Positions 11,595 to 24,577 of a stretch of DNA of 41,438 bases are shown piece after piece. How positions within the stretch are numbered: position 1 is the stretch's first letter; each line of letters starts with the position of its first letter. This stretch comes from Eledone cirrhosa (Eukaryota), in the NCBI GenBank assembly GCA_964016885.1, contig CAXHJY010000541.1, forward strand, positions 1 to 41,438, given 5' to 3'. Under the pieces are notes generated by a model. That model was not told the DNA's origin and did not search any database. It saw only the letters and a list, made by a program, of their open reading frames with translations. Made by a program: the position numbers and the translations under genes.

Positions 11595-11964
11595 ATATAT
11601 ATATATATATATTTATATATAGCTAATCAGAGCCATACAATTTATATTCATTAAGGCCCTGGTTGGTCACACTACTAACTCAATAAGACAAGATATGAAT
11701 GTAGGCAAGATATGAATGTAGGACCATGCAAACCTGTAACCAGAATGAACACAATACATTATTCGTAATGGCGCAGTTGCACGTGGATTGTGGTAAATAT
11801 ATAACATCTGTCCCGGACAAAAAGAACTTCTGGTTTCTGTGAGTATAGACATGCATCTGCAATTGTCTCTCACTGGGTGCACTTCATTGGCGGGAAGGTC
11901 CCTCCATAACTTGAGAGGGCCTAATATTTAATCACCCTTTCACATCAAGAATTACTACTATAAC

Positions 11965-12320
11965 TGATGGAAGAGACATTAAGGAATAGGTGACATCACA
12001 CACAGATACTAATGGGAGAGAGAGTCAGTAATAGGTGACGTCACAAGAGGATACTAATGGGAGAGACAGTCAGTAATAGGTGACGTCACAAGAGGATATT
12101 GATGGGAGAGAGTCAGTAATAGGTGATGTCACAAGAGGAACCTGATGGGAGAGTCAGTAATAGATGACATCACGATGGGAGAGAGACCCAGTAATAGCTG
12201 ACGTCACAATAGGAGAGAAAGTCAGTAATAGGTGATGTCACAAGAGGATACTGATGGGAAGGACAGTCAGCAGCAGGTGACGTCACGATGGGAGAGAGTC
12301 AGTAATAGGTGATGTCACGA
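11965..12320. repeat. 32-45-bp minisatellite, 9 units, each with TGACGTCA or a CpG-decayed variant
   Basis: Motifs at 11991, 12036, 12081, 12124, 12165, 12199, 12233, 12278 and 12310. Confidence 0.9.
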
Positions 12321-12618
12321 AAGGAAGATAAAATTTGAAATAAAATACATTTGGAATTCGTAGCCAATATAGATCTCGACCAGTGAAAAAATAAAACAGA
12401 ATTGCAAAGAAATAGTCACACACACACATTGTATATAACTGTGTATAAGTTAATCTCATAAAAGTTGACCATAGTTCTTCAGATAAACATTTGTGTATCA
12501 AGGTATTATCCTAACACATATCCTATTAAATACTTCACTGAGAATTCATAAGTAATACCAGCATCACTATTATAAATACCAGTTGTTACACTTAACATCG
12601 GCCTGCATTATCTAGATT

Positions 12619-12793
12619 GGCAGTATCGGTAGAGGGTCGGACGCCATGCTTTCCAGCATAGTTACGTCCCTTTACGATCTGAGTTCAAATCCCGCCGAGG
12701 TTGACTTTGCCTTTCATCTTTACGGGGTCGATAAAATAAAGTACCAGTAATGCACTGGTTAATTGCTGGCCTTGTGCCTAAAGTAGAAACAAT
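12619..12793 (+). mobile_element. tRNA-related SINE, second family
   Basis: B box GAGTTCAAATCC, then gactttgcctttcatctttacggggtcgataaaataaagtaccag, which resembles a conserved central SINE domain (Meta-like, from memory). Second copy at 6692-6832. Confidence 0.65.
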
Positions 12794-13454
12794 TATCTAG
12801 ATAAACACTTGCTCCTGAATCCTGTACTGATTCTTAGAATGCTTCATTTCTACTTCAACTACTTGCTAGACAAACAGTCACAGATAGCAATATAACTAGA
12901 CCAAAATTCATTAAAATATTATTATTAATGGATCAGTGTATCATACTATCATTCCTTATATAAGCTAAGCCAATATGTATTTACTTGTAGTTCACTATAA
13001 TTACCTTATCTCTGAATGGTTACTTGAAGTAATTTTGATAAACATTAGTAACTTAAAAGCATAACATAAATCTGCCTACCATTTGCAGATGTAAATACAG
13101 CTGAGTTGAAATGCATCTGTTTCATGACATAATAGAATTTTGATTGATTCCTGTCTTCATGCAGGATTTGATTGGGCATGCAGTTGTTGATGATTTCTCA
13201 CAGCTATAGTGATCAATGAGACTTGTATGATAAAATGCTATCAGAAAAAATACCAGTAGCTTAAAATGCTAATTTAAGCATAAAAAAATAAATGAGAGAA
13301 AAAAAGGAAACGGAAGGTTTTGGCATGCCAATTCTTAAAATGTGTCATGTCAAACTTTGGTCAGAACCTCCGTTCGCATATTAGTGGAGGTCAATTCCTA
13401 TATAACTTTAGTGCAATACAGTTGAAATTTCTTCATTTAGTGGATAAATGCCCC

Positions 13455-13900
13455 CAGTATATATTCGCGTATAAGCCGATTCAAGTGTAAGTTGACCACT
13501 TCTTATTTTGTCTGAGAAATGGACAAAAATCCAAATCCCATTTATAAGTCAGGGCAGCTAATCAACACATTTCACTGCATAGAAAACATTTTTATGAAGT
13601 TTTAATATTTTGATATTTAAAACGTTTTTAAATGTTGTTCAGAGTAGTTTTTGTTTCACAACTCCATTACATAATGATTTTTTTACCAACTCAAATTGTT
13701 TCCTTGCAACTTCCATAAAATTGCATATTTTGCAGATATATTTTCTGAATATATGCATTATGAATATGATAAAAGTTTTTAAAATAATGCCATTTTCACT
13801 CACAGAAATTACCAGAAGTATCCGTGTATATCACTCCAGATATTTTGGTGCTATTTAGAAGTAATTCAGCTAAATATCGACCTTGCATATAAGCTAACAC
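13455..13900. mobile_element. Possible decayed Tc2/pogo-like DNA transposon end
   Basis: gtatatattcgcgtataagccga plus related tataag(t/c) subterminal motifs at ~13490, ~13545 and ~13890; no partner TIR found. Confidence 0.3.
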
Positions 13901-14342
13901 CCACCCACAACCCCACTTTTTTTTTTCAGTTATTTTTTTTTGTCACATATTTCTCAGCGCACACTTGAGTAGATACTGTAAGTGTGAGTAATCATTAACA
14001 TTAAAATGATGTGGTTGAATGTAATGGAGACCCACCAAAACAGTATCTGTCATGTACACAGAATTTCAGGAGGTAACAATAATATATTCTAATTAAGGGT
14101 GTAATGAAATAAAAAAAACAAATGGAAATATTTTTAAAAGCAACGTTGCCTTATTTACGTGTTTTGTTATTAGGAAGTGGTTTGATGTCTATAAACAGCA
14201 GTATTATTACTGTAACTCATTTTTGCTTCCATTTGGGCTTCTATTTATTGACAATTTTGGATTGTGGCAATCTTCCATGTAATAGTCGATCCCATAAATT
14301 TAACCTAAGGAAATAATCTTAAAAATGTAACCTTTACTATGG

Positions 14343-14368
<26 letters not shown>

Positions 14369-14373
<5 letters not shown>

Positions 14374-15245
14374 CGCAACTTCTTTCAAGGCTCGCCTATA
14401 CCAACATCGATCTTCGATCAGGCACGAGAAAATGCGCTCCGTAACAACCCTCGCCGATAAAGCCTGGCAGCTTCGGAGGAACAATCAAGCGTTCTCCCTT
14501 GATTGGCAAATTATTGCAGCTGCGCCTGCATATCAGCAAAATCATCGATTCTGCAAGTTATGCAATTTAGAGATATACTGCATTTTAACGTCGGTAAACA
14601 AACTTTTGAACAGCAAAATTGAACGTTCTCTATACTGTAACCATCGTTTGAAAACGACTTTTTCTTTTTTTAAATGCATATAATGTTACCTTTTTACACC
14701 AACGTTTGCAAATTTCTGTCATATGTTTATACACTAGATATTGCTTTCTATAATAATAGTACTAAACACTGTTTTTCTGGACCCCTTTAGAAATAACCTG
14801 CTACTATAATAGCCCTAATAACTTGTCTGTGACATTGTACCACTTTGACCCCTCTAACTAAATTTTGTCCGAACAACACCACTAGAAGAATCTACTTCCC
14901 AGCCAACCTTAACATGCCTCATTAAGCTAACTGTTGCCAAAACATTCACAATCTCTACTAGTCTGACAGTCTTAAACCCTAGGACTCCCTCCACCTTACT
15001 CACTTCCCTCTTCCCCTTCTCTTCCTACCTCCTTCTTTATCTTTTATCTAGTGTATAAAATATTTTCATATCATTCTAATACAAAGGTCTGATGACATGG
15101 TGTGTTGGCTTACAGTGTACTTTCGGTTTTTGATAATATTTGTGTATTATTCAAATAGCGAGGTATAGGTAACTCATACACTATAGAAACAATTGTTACC
15201 TAATAAATTCTATATACCCGCATTTCTATTTCGTAAATTTTTTCT

Positions 15246-15248
<3 letters not shown>
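14369..15248 (+). mobile_element. 5'-truncated Penelope-like retroelement: GIY-YIG C-terminal half plus pLTR
   Basis: FKARLYQHRSS...TTLADKAWQL...WQII...Y...CKLCNLE...LLNSKIE...CNH (14369-14683); hammerhead downstream; inserted in (TA)n. Confidence 0.8.
15085..15201 (+). ncRNA. Type I hammerhead ribozyme with extended stem II
   Basis: aggt-CTGATGA-c-atggtgtg...tacactat-a-GAAA-caattg-TT-acct. Intact core, stem I aggt/acct, palindromic stem III ACAATTGT. Confidence 0.72.
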
Positions 15249-15286
<38 letters not shown>

Positions 15287-15467
15287 ATTCAAATTAAAAG
15301 ATATATGTATATTGAGAGAGAGAGAAAAAGAACCATATATCCCATGAGAATACACAATATATTGCATATATTTCATGATTTGTAGCACCGTAACTTTAAA
15401 TCTATCTATGTAATCAATCATCGATCACAAACTATAATTTTTCTTTGAAATATGTGCTTCGTATATA

Positions 15468-15698
15468 TGCTCAAGGAAACAACAGACCGGGTGATGTGTT
15501 GTTTCCTTGAGCAAGACACTTTATTTCACATTGCTCCAGTTTACTCAGCTGTAGAACCAACCTCATTTACAGTGAGTGCTGTAAATGAGGTTGGTGTTAG
15601 GAAGGGCATCCAGCTGTAGAAATCAAGCCACAATCAGTTCCCGTCCCACCCTTGCAAGCAGGGAAAAGTGGACATAAAATGAAATGAAATGATGAATG
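15468..15698 (+). mobile_element. Rearranged SINE of the 1506 family with two fold-back inversions
   Basis: Head and centre are replaced by 17-bp inverted copies of adjacent SINE sequence. Confidence 0.85.
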
Positions 15699-16052
15699 AA
15701 ATTGTGTATTCTCGTGATATATGGTTCTTTCTCTCTCTCAATATAGATATATCTTTTAATTTGAATTATTACAGCTCTGGTGAAATGCCTGTTGAGCTTT
15801 TTTATTGAGAAGCACAAATATCAAGTATATTTGATATGTTTTGATACCTTAATTTTTATATATAGTTGAAAAAATAAACACAGGGATGGAAAAACACAGT
15901 CTTATTAGGATTGCACTTAGGCGGAAGGGGAGTTCAGCACTTCGGACATGTCCATTAGGAAATGGAAAGTTGAGAGAGAAAGAACAAGTAGGCACATCAG
16001 AGTTTGGGAAAGGTTGTTAAGAAGGTTGAGGGTGGTAGGCAAGTGGTCTGGC

Positions 16053-16250
16053 ATATTTGAAAAAAAGAGAAAAATGACTTCATTGACGGTTAGTATTCTT
16101 TAATAGTTCAAATCTTTACAGTAAGTCATTACTGCCAATTGACGAACTAGGACTTACCAGAACTAATATCAATAACAACTTACTGTAAAGATTTGAACTA
16201 TTAAAGAATACCAAACATCAGTGAAGTCAGTCTTCTCTTTTTTCAAATAT
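16053..16250. repeat. ~200-bp fold-back element, MITE-like
   Basis: Arms 16053-16126 and 16178-16250 include a perfect 34-bp inverted match (gtattctttaatagttcaaatctttacagtaagt). Confidence 0.8.
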
Positions 16251-16289
16251 ATCTTACTGTACCAAGGAATTTCCTTCATTTTCCACTAT

Positions 16290-16523
16290 TATCATCATTT
16301 TATGTCCGTTGTTCCACGCTTGCATGGGTTGGAAGGGTCCTCAGTACAGCATCTCTCCAAATGCTCTCAGTATATGCTGTAAAGTGGTTGACATTAGAGA
16401 ACGCATCCAGCTGTAGAAACTAAGCCTAAAATGGAATATATGAGCAAGATGTGGTCATCTGACACGTCTAGCCTGACAACCTGTCTATCTATGAAAAATA
16501 GATGTTAAATGGTGATGATGATG
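16290..16523. mobile_element. Two RTE-type 3' tails in opposite, outward-facing orientation
   Basis: Minus-strand tail at ~16290-16335; degraded plus-strand tail at ~16375-16523 ending (TGA)n. Confidence 0.65.
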
Positions 16524-17091
16524 CCCTCTCTCTTTTCAGCTAGCTTATGCCACTATGACTAAATTAATTTTCTATGGAATGACTAAAGGAGTCTTGCTCT
16601 ACTCTGTAGTTTTTATCCCGAGTTTCTGCTCTCCTAGGCATGTATTGCCTCTATGCTAGGAGTCTTGTCTAACAAAGGGATCTGTGGTAATCTAGAGTTA
16701 CTGAGAATAATGGCTGCCTCTATGATATAGAAAGGAGATAACTTATAGCTACTACTAGAGCTCAGTGTTCTCTCTCTTCAAGATTTCTTTTCATCTATTC
16801 CTTTCAGAAAATATAAAAAATATATCAGATTTGGGGAATCCACTTCTTGTATGGTTATGGTGGAATCAGTTTGTATACTGTTGGGTTTGATCAATTGACT
16901 TGTACAGCTCAGTTGAGAAGCAACATCTCTGCAAGTGATATGAGGGTGTGGGGTCAAACAAACTTCCATGGGAGATGTAAGGCTACTGAGAAGAAGCTGA
17001 GAAACAGGCAGAGAGAGTGAGAAAGAGAGAGATTAGTCTAATGATAGTTCTGCCTAGATTAAGATCAATGAAGGGATGGATAGACAGTTGA

Positions 17092-17277
17092 AGCAACAGA
17101 TTATAAGCTGGGTTTGTTAATTCAAATGTTTGTAATATTTTTATTAGTTGATAGATCGTGAAAATTTGTAGTAATAGAGTAAAGACTAATTTTTAATGTG
17201 ATGTATTCAGTGTTTTGTATTTTTCAAGACTGTGTTGCTAATGTGGCTTCATGTGGTACAGGACGTTAAGAGGTAAA
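17092..17277. mobile_element. Degraded interspersed repeat, second copy of 1-172
   Basis: Direct similarity to the window start. Confidence 0.45.
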
Positions 17278-17624
17278 CATGCAATTTTGATTTTTTCATT
17301 TTACAAACTAGAAAGCATTTCTTTACTATGTGAAGAAGAAGCAACATATAACCAAGATTACTGAGGAGTATTTTAAAATGTCAGGATTACTACTAACATC
17401 ATCATTCATATATTTTTGTTCAACTGAACTCAACCTAGAGATGATAGTCAGCCTAAACCTAGCGCTCAGCTCATACACCATATCACTGTCCTCCTAGCCC
17501 AGCCAAGGATACAAGTGGAGGTACTGGTATCACAATAAAATGTGCTCAGTGCACACAGGAATATGGAAGTGCTAGTGTCACAATAACATTCACACAGCCC
17601 ATTCAGTAAGAAGTAATGCTGTTA

Positions 17625-17861
17625 CCATGAAAAAAGTACCCAGTCCATTCTGTCAGGTGGTAATGGTGGTATTGTGACAAGAAAATTAACCCAGTACATT
17701 CATGAAGTTTGTGTTAGGAAGGGCATCTGGTTGTAGAAACCATGCCAAAATGGAACATATGAGTAAAACAAGCATCTGACATGCCTATCTAGCCTCAGAG
17801 CATGACAACCAATCTAACCCATGCAAGCATGGAAAATAGACTCTATGATAATGATGATGAT
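17625..17861 (+). mobile_element. Degraded SINE/LINE 3' end of RTE-tail type
   Basis: gtgttaggaagggcatc...aacccatgcaagcatggaaaa...(TGA)n. Confidence 0.65.
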
Positions 17862-17868
17862 TCTTTAA

Positions 17869-18072
17869 CCCGCTGTATCCAGCCAGAATTCTCTCACCTC
17901 TTTCTGTTTTAACTGGCTGTAAAAAGCCACTCATACTGATGTTAAGGTATTGTTCTCAAAATAAATAACATTAAAATCTCATAGATTTGAAATTGTGTGA
18001 GATATTATGTGAGGTAAAGACTTTACTGTAATAATATAATAGTATATATACAGTAATGTAAATGCTAACGGG
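17869..18072 (+). mobile_element. MITE family A copy
   Basis: TTAA-CCC start and AAATGCTAACGGG-TTAA end; internal identity to 302-509. Confidence 0.8.
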
Positions 18073-18477
18073 TTAAGTACAGGGTAATTGAAGACAACTG
18101 TAGAATGGACTAATTGAAACTGTATAAAAAACATAAATATTAATCAAGTTTTATAGAGTTAAATCACCACAGCAATAACTCAATAGAAACTATAGACTAA
18201 ACATCTTCAGTATTTAACTTTCTAACAACTAGTCTATATTGATATATATTTATGAGGCAAACATTTTTCAACAAAAATACATGAAAAAAGATGAGATTTA
18301 TGTACTGAATCTACAAAACCACAATGCAAAATATATGGTATATAGTAAATGCACTATGTAAAATGAAGGTGCTACTTATACACAAATATATAAGATAGTA
18401 GTTATCACAATCAGATAATTGCAAAATAAGATAAACCAGTTAATTCTCATATTTTTTCCCTTTATCCCAATACTCAC

Positions 18478-18540
18478 CAGTTGGTCCTTTTCCAAAGAAA
18501 CACCTTCAGCAAGCTTCACTTTGTACATATCCAACTTGAG
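18478..18540 (-). CDS. CAPRIN1: Caprin-1-like gene, internal exon (LKLDMYKVKLAEGVSLEKDQL)
   Basis: Minus strand ttcag acceptor and gtgagta donor; 63 nt, phase 0/0. Resembles the Caprin-1 segment GKLDDYQERMNKGERLNQDQL (recalled). Confidence 0.85.
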
Positions 18541-18606
18541 CTGAAATACACAGAAAATAAGAACCACTGAAAACAGAAGATTTAAAAGAAACATGCAGAA
18601 CATTAT

Positions 18607-18788
18607 TTAACCTCTTCATTACCATATATTTAATGAAAGATACTGCCTATAATTTTCAAAGCATTTTGAAAATAATAAAAAATTTAGAGGGATTTAGTTT
18701 CTCATTATTAGGAATATCAGAAAAATATAATCACTATAAACAACTTTGTATCAAAGAAACAGGGCCAGTTTCAGGTGGGACAAGGTTA
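18607..18788 (+). mobile_element. Degraded MITE, family B copy with internal deletions
   Basis: TTAA-CCTCTTC start and AGG-TTAA end; internal motifs shared with 2310 and 7531. Confidence 0.5.
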
Positions 18789-19164
18789 AATTTACAATCA
18801 AAGAATTAGAAATAATTAGATAGATTAAAAAACACACAAAATAATCCGTCAAAATCAAAACCTAAAATCGTTACCTTAACATTTAGTCATTTTCTCCACA
18901 ACTAATCACACACTACTGTCTAATGCTAAATCTTGGTATTGTTTAATTAACTATATATTTATAAGGTAGAATTTTCACAAAACAAATTATTACAATCAAA
19001 AATTTATGCTAATCTTTTTATTATCATATTTATGACGAAAGACACTACCTATAAAAAAAATACTGCTAAGCTGTGGAACATTCTGTTTGTATAAGATGTC
19101 ACTGCATGTTTTAAACAGTTAATATAATGACACATGCAACAACTGACAAACATACACACATACA

Positions 19165-19290
19165 TGACAGGCTTCTTTACAGTTTCTGTCTACCAAATTC
19201 ACTCACAAAGTATTGGTTAACCTAAGGCTATAGTATCAGTCACTTGCCCAAAGTGCCATGCAGTAAGTTCAAATCCAAAACCACGTGATT
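19165..19290 (-). mobile_element. Degraded SINE fragment
   Basis: Reverse complement has ggcactttgggcaagtga...ctatagcctt...gtgagtgaatttggtagacagaaactg; similar to 6487-6625. Confidence 0.55.
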
Positions 19291-19771
19291 TTACCTTTAT
19301 GGTAATTTTCAATAATAAATATTATTTCGTATAAAAACAAACAGTAATAGTAGCTATAGCACAGGGAATCATCAAAAAATAATGTTCGTATACACTTGAA
19401 TATTAGTGGAAGAATATGTGACATATTTGGGGTCAATATTTTGATTATTTTCATCAAGTTCTACATAAACAAGGTGCTAAATTATCTGGAGTTATTTTAC
19501 AGTGAAACAATGTTTTTCTACATTAACTATCTCGAGTTTTATTTTTGCATTGCCTTGAGAACATTCCCGTCATTCTTTTATTATTTGAACTTTTTAAAGC
19601 ATAAATATCCCCTACACACGTGTGCCAACTGTTTTTCTCTGGGACCTAATTATACTTCTCTGGATAGTGTTCTCTTGGTTGATCTCTTTCAACTATTCCC
19701 TATTCATTTTGAACAACCCTAGTGTTTTTAATGATCTCCATAAAGATTAAAGAAAATCTTTTTTATTAATA

Positions 19772-20008
19772 CATCATCATCATAATCGTTTAATGTCTAT
19801 CTTCCAGGCTAGCATTGGTTAGATGGGAATCTGTCCCATTTGAGGTAAAATTAGTCGGGTAACCGTGTCTCGCTCGTATACGACTGTCTGGCAGGTTTTC
19901 TACGGTTGGATGACTTTCCTAACACCAACCACATTTACAGTGTGGACTGGGAGTTTTTTTACCGTGTTACCTACAAGACCACATTCCAGTGTGGACTGTG
20001 TTTTTTTT
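19772..20008 (-). mobile_element. RTE LINE 3' UTR fragment
   Basis: Reverse complement of the LINE 3' UTR with (TGA)n tail. Confidence 0.85.
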
Positions 20009-20036
20009 ATCCCTTCTTTCTTTCCTTTTTTTTTAG

Positions 20037-20381
20037 ATATATATATATATATATATATATAGATATATACATATAGATATATACATATATACATATAGAT
20101 ATATACATATATACATATAGATATATACATATATATATACATATATACATGTATATATATACATATATATATACATATATATATAGATATATACATGTAT
20201 ATATATACATATATATATACATATATATATAGATATATACATGTATATATAGAGATATATACATATATATATACATATATATATAGATATATACATATAT
20301 ATATAGATATATACATATATATATAGATATATACATATATATATACATAGATATATAGATATATACATATATATATAGATA

Positions 20382-20415
<34 letters not shown>

Positions 20416-20428
20416 CATAGATATATAG

Positions 20429-20471
<43 letters not shown>

Positions 20472-20480
20472 GATATATAG

Positions 20481-20527
<47 letters not shown>

Positions 20528-20910
20528 GATATATAGATATATACATATATATATACATATATATATAGATATATATAGAGAGATATATACATATATATAT
20601 ACATATATATATAGATATATACATATATATATATACATAGATATATACATAGATATATACATATATATATAGATATATACATATATATACATAGATATAT
20701 ACTTATATACATAGATATATACATATATATACATAGATATATACTTATATATATAGATATATACATATATATATAGATATATACATATATATATACATAT
20801 AGATATATACATATATATATACATAGATATATACATATATATATACATAGATATATACATATATATACATAGATATATACATATAGATATATACATATAT
20901 ATATACATAT
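20037..20910. repeat. (TA)n-derived array with TAGA/TACA interruptions
   Basis: Directly visible low-complexity array. Confidence 0.95.
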
Positions 20911-21213
20911 AGGCAACACGGTAAAAACCTCCCAGCCCCACACTGTAAATGTGGTTGGTGTTAGGAAGGGCATCCAGCTGTAGAAAACCCGCCAGACAGT
21001 CCACGCTGTAATGTGGCCGTGTAGGCAACACGGTAAAAACCTCCCAGCACCACACTGTAAATGTGGTTGGTGTTAGGAAGGGCATCCAACTGTAGAAAAC
21101 CCGCCAGACAGTCCTATGCGAGCAAGACAACCACTCTTGCCTCAAGTGGGAAAACCCCCGTCCAAACCCATGCAAGCGTGGAACACGGACGCTAAACCTG
21201 ATGATGATGATGA
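20911..21213 (+). mobile_element. RTE 3' UTR with a 112-bp-period internal tandem duplication
   Basis: aggcaacacggtaaaaacctccc occurs at 20911 and 21023; (TGA)n tail. Confidence 0.9.
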
Positions 21214-24207
<2,994 letters not shown>

Positions 24208-24577
24208 GTTCACTTATGCCCAAAATTCGAGGATTTTATTTAAAGCTTCACGCTAACTACCCCATAGATTATTTTATAACCTCGCTCGTTTTCTAAAATA
24301 ACCTTCTCGTTTGTTTAATTATGGCCGAAATTCTAGGATTTTATAAAATAACCTTCCGGCTCCCTCCTGTTCTTCCCCCCATACCCCTCACACCCGCCCC
24401 TACTCGCCACCATTATTACTTGGACCAATCATAAGTCAGCAGTCTATGTTATCACTTCTTAAGTTTAGACCTGGTTGCCTTTTGATATGATGGATGGACT
24501 ACGGAATTCTGGAGAGTCTGAAAAATCTGGACACTCAGTCACAATGCCAAAGATAAAGACAAATTCACCTCATGCTG

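Noticed and set aside
10880-11626. Duplicated small ORFs MLLLLFLFFYSSLHST...
   Set aside because: A by-product of the inverted repeat arms; no recognisable domain.
11688-11722. 17-bp tandem duplication caagatatgaatgtagg
   Set aside because: Ordinary local slippage duplication with no further structure.
11965-12320. Repeat array resembling CRISPR
   Set aside because: Units are contiguous with no unique spacers, there are no cas genes, and the context is eukaryotic.
16778-16969. Small Cys/His ORF as a possible transposase tail or extra Caprin exon
   Set aside because: No convincing motif or splice sites, and the flanking Caprin exons already join without a gap.
24485-24535. Possible fifth hammerhead (tgatggat-ggact...agtct-gaaa)
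   Set aside because: The core lacks CTGANGA, and no stem I or stem III pairing could be found.
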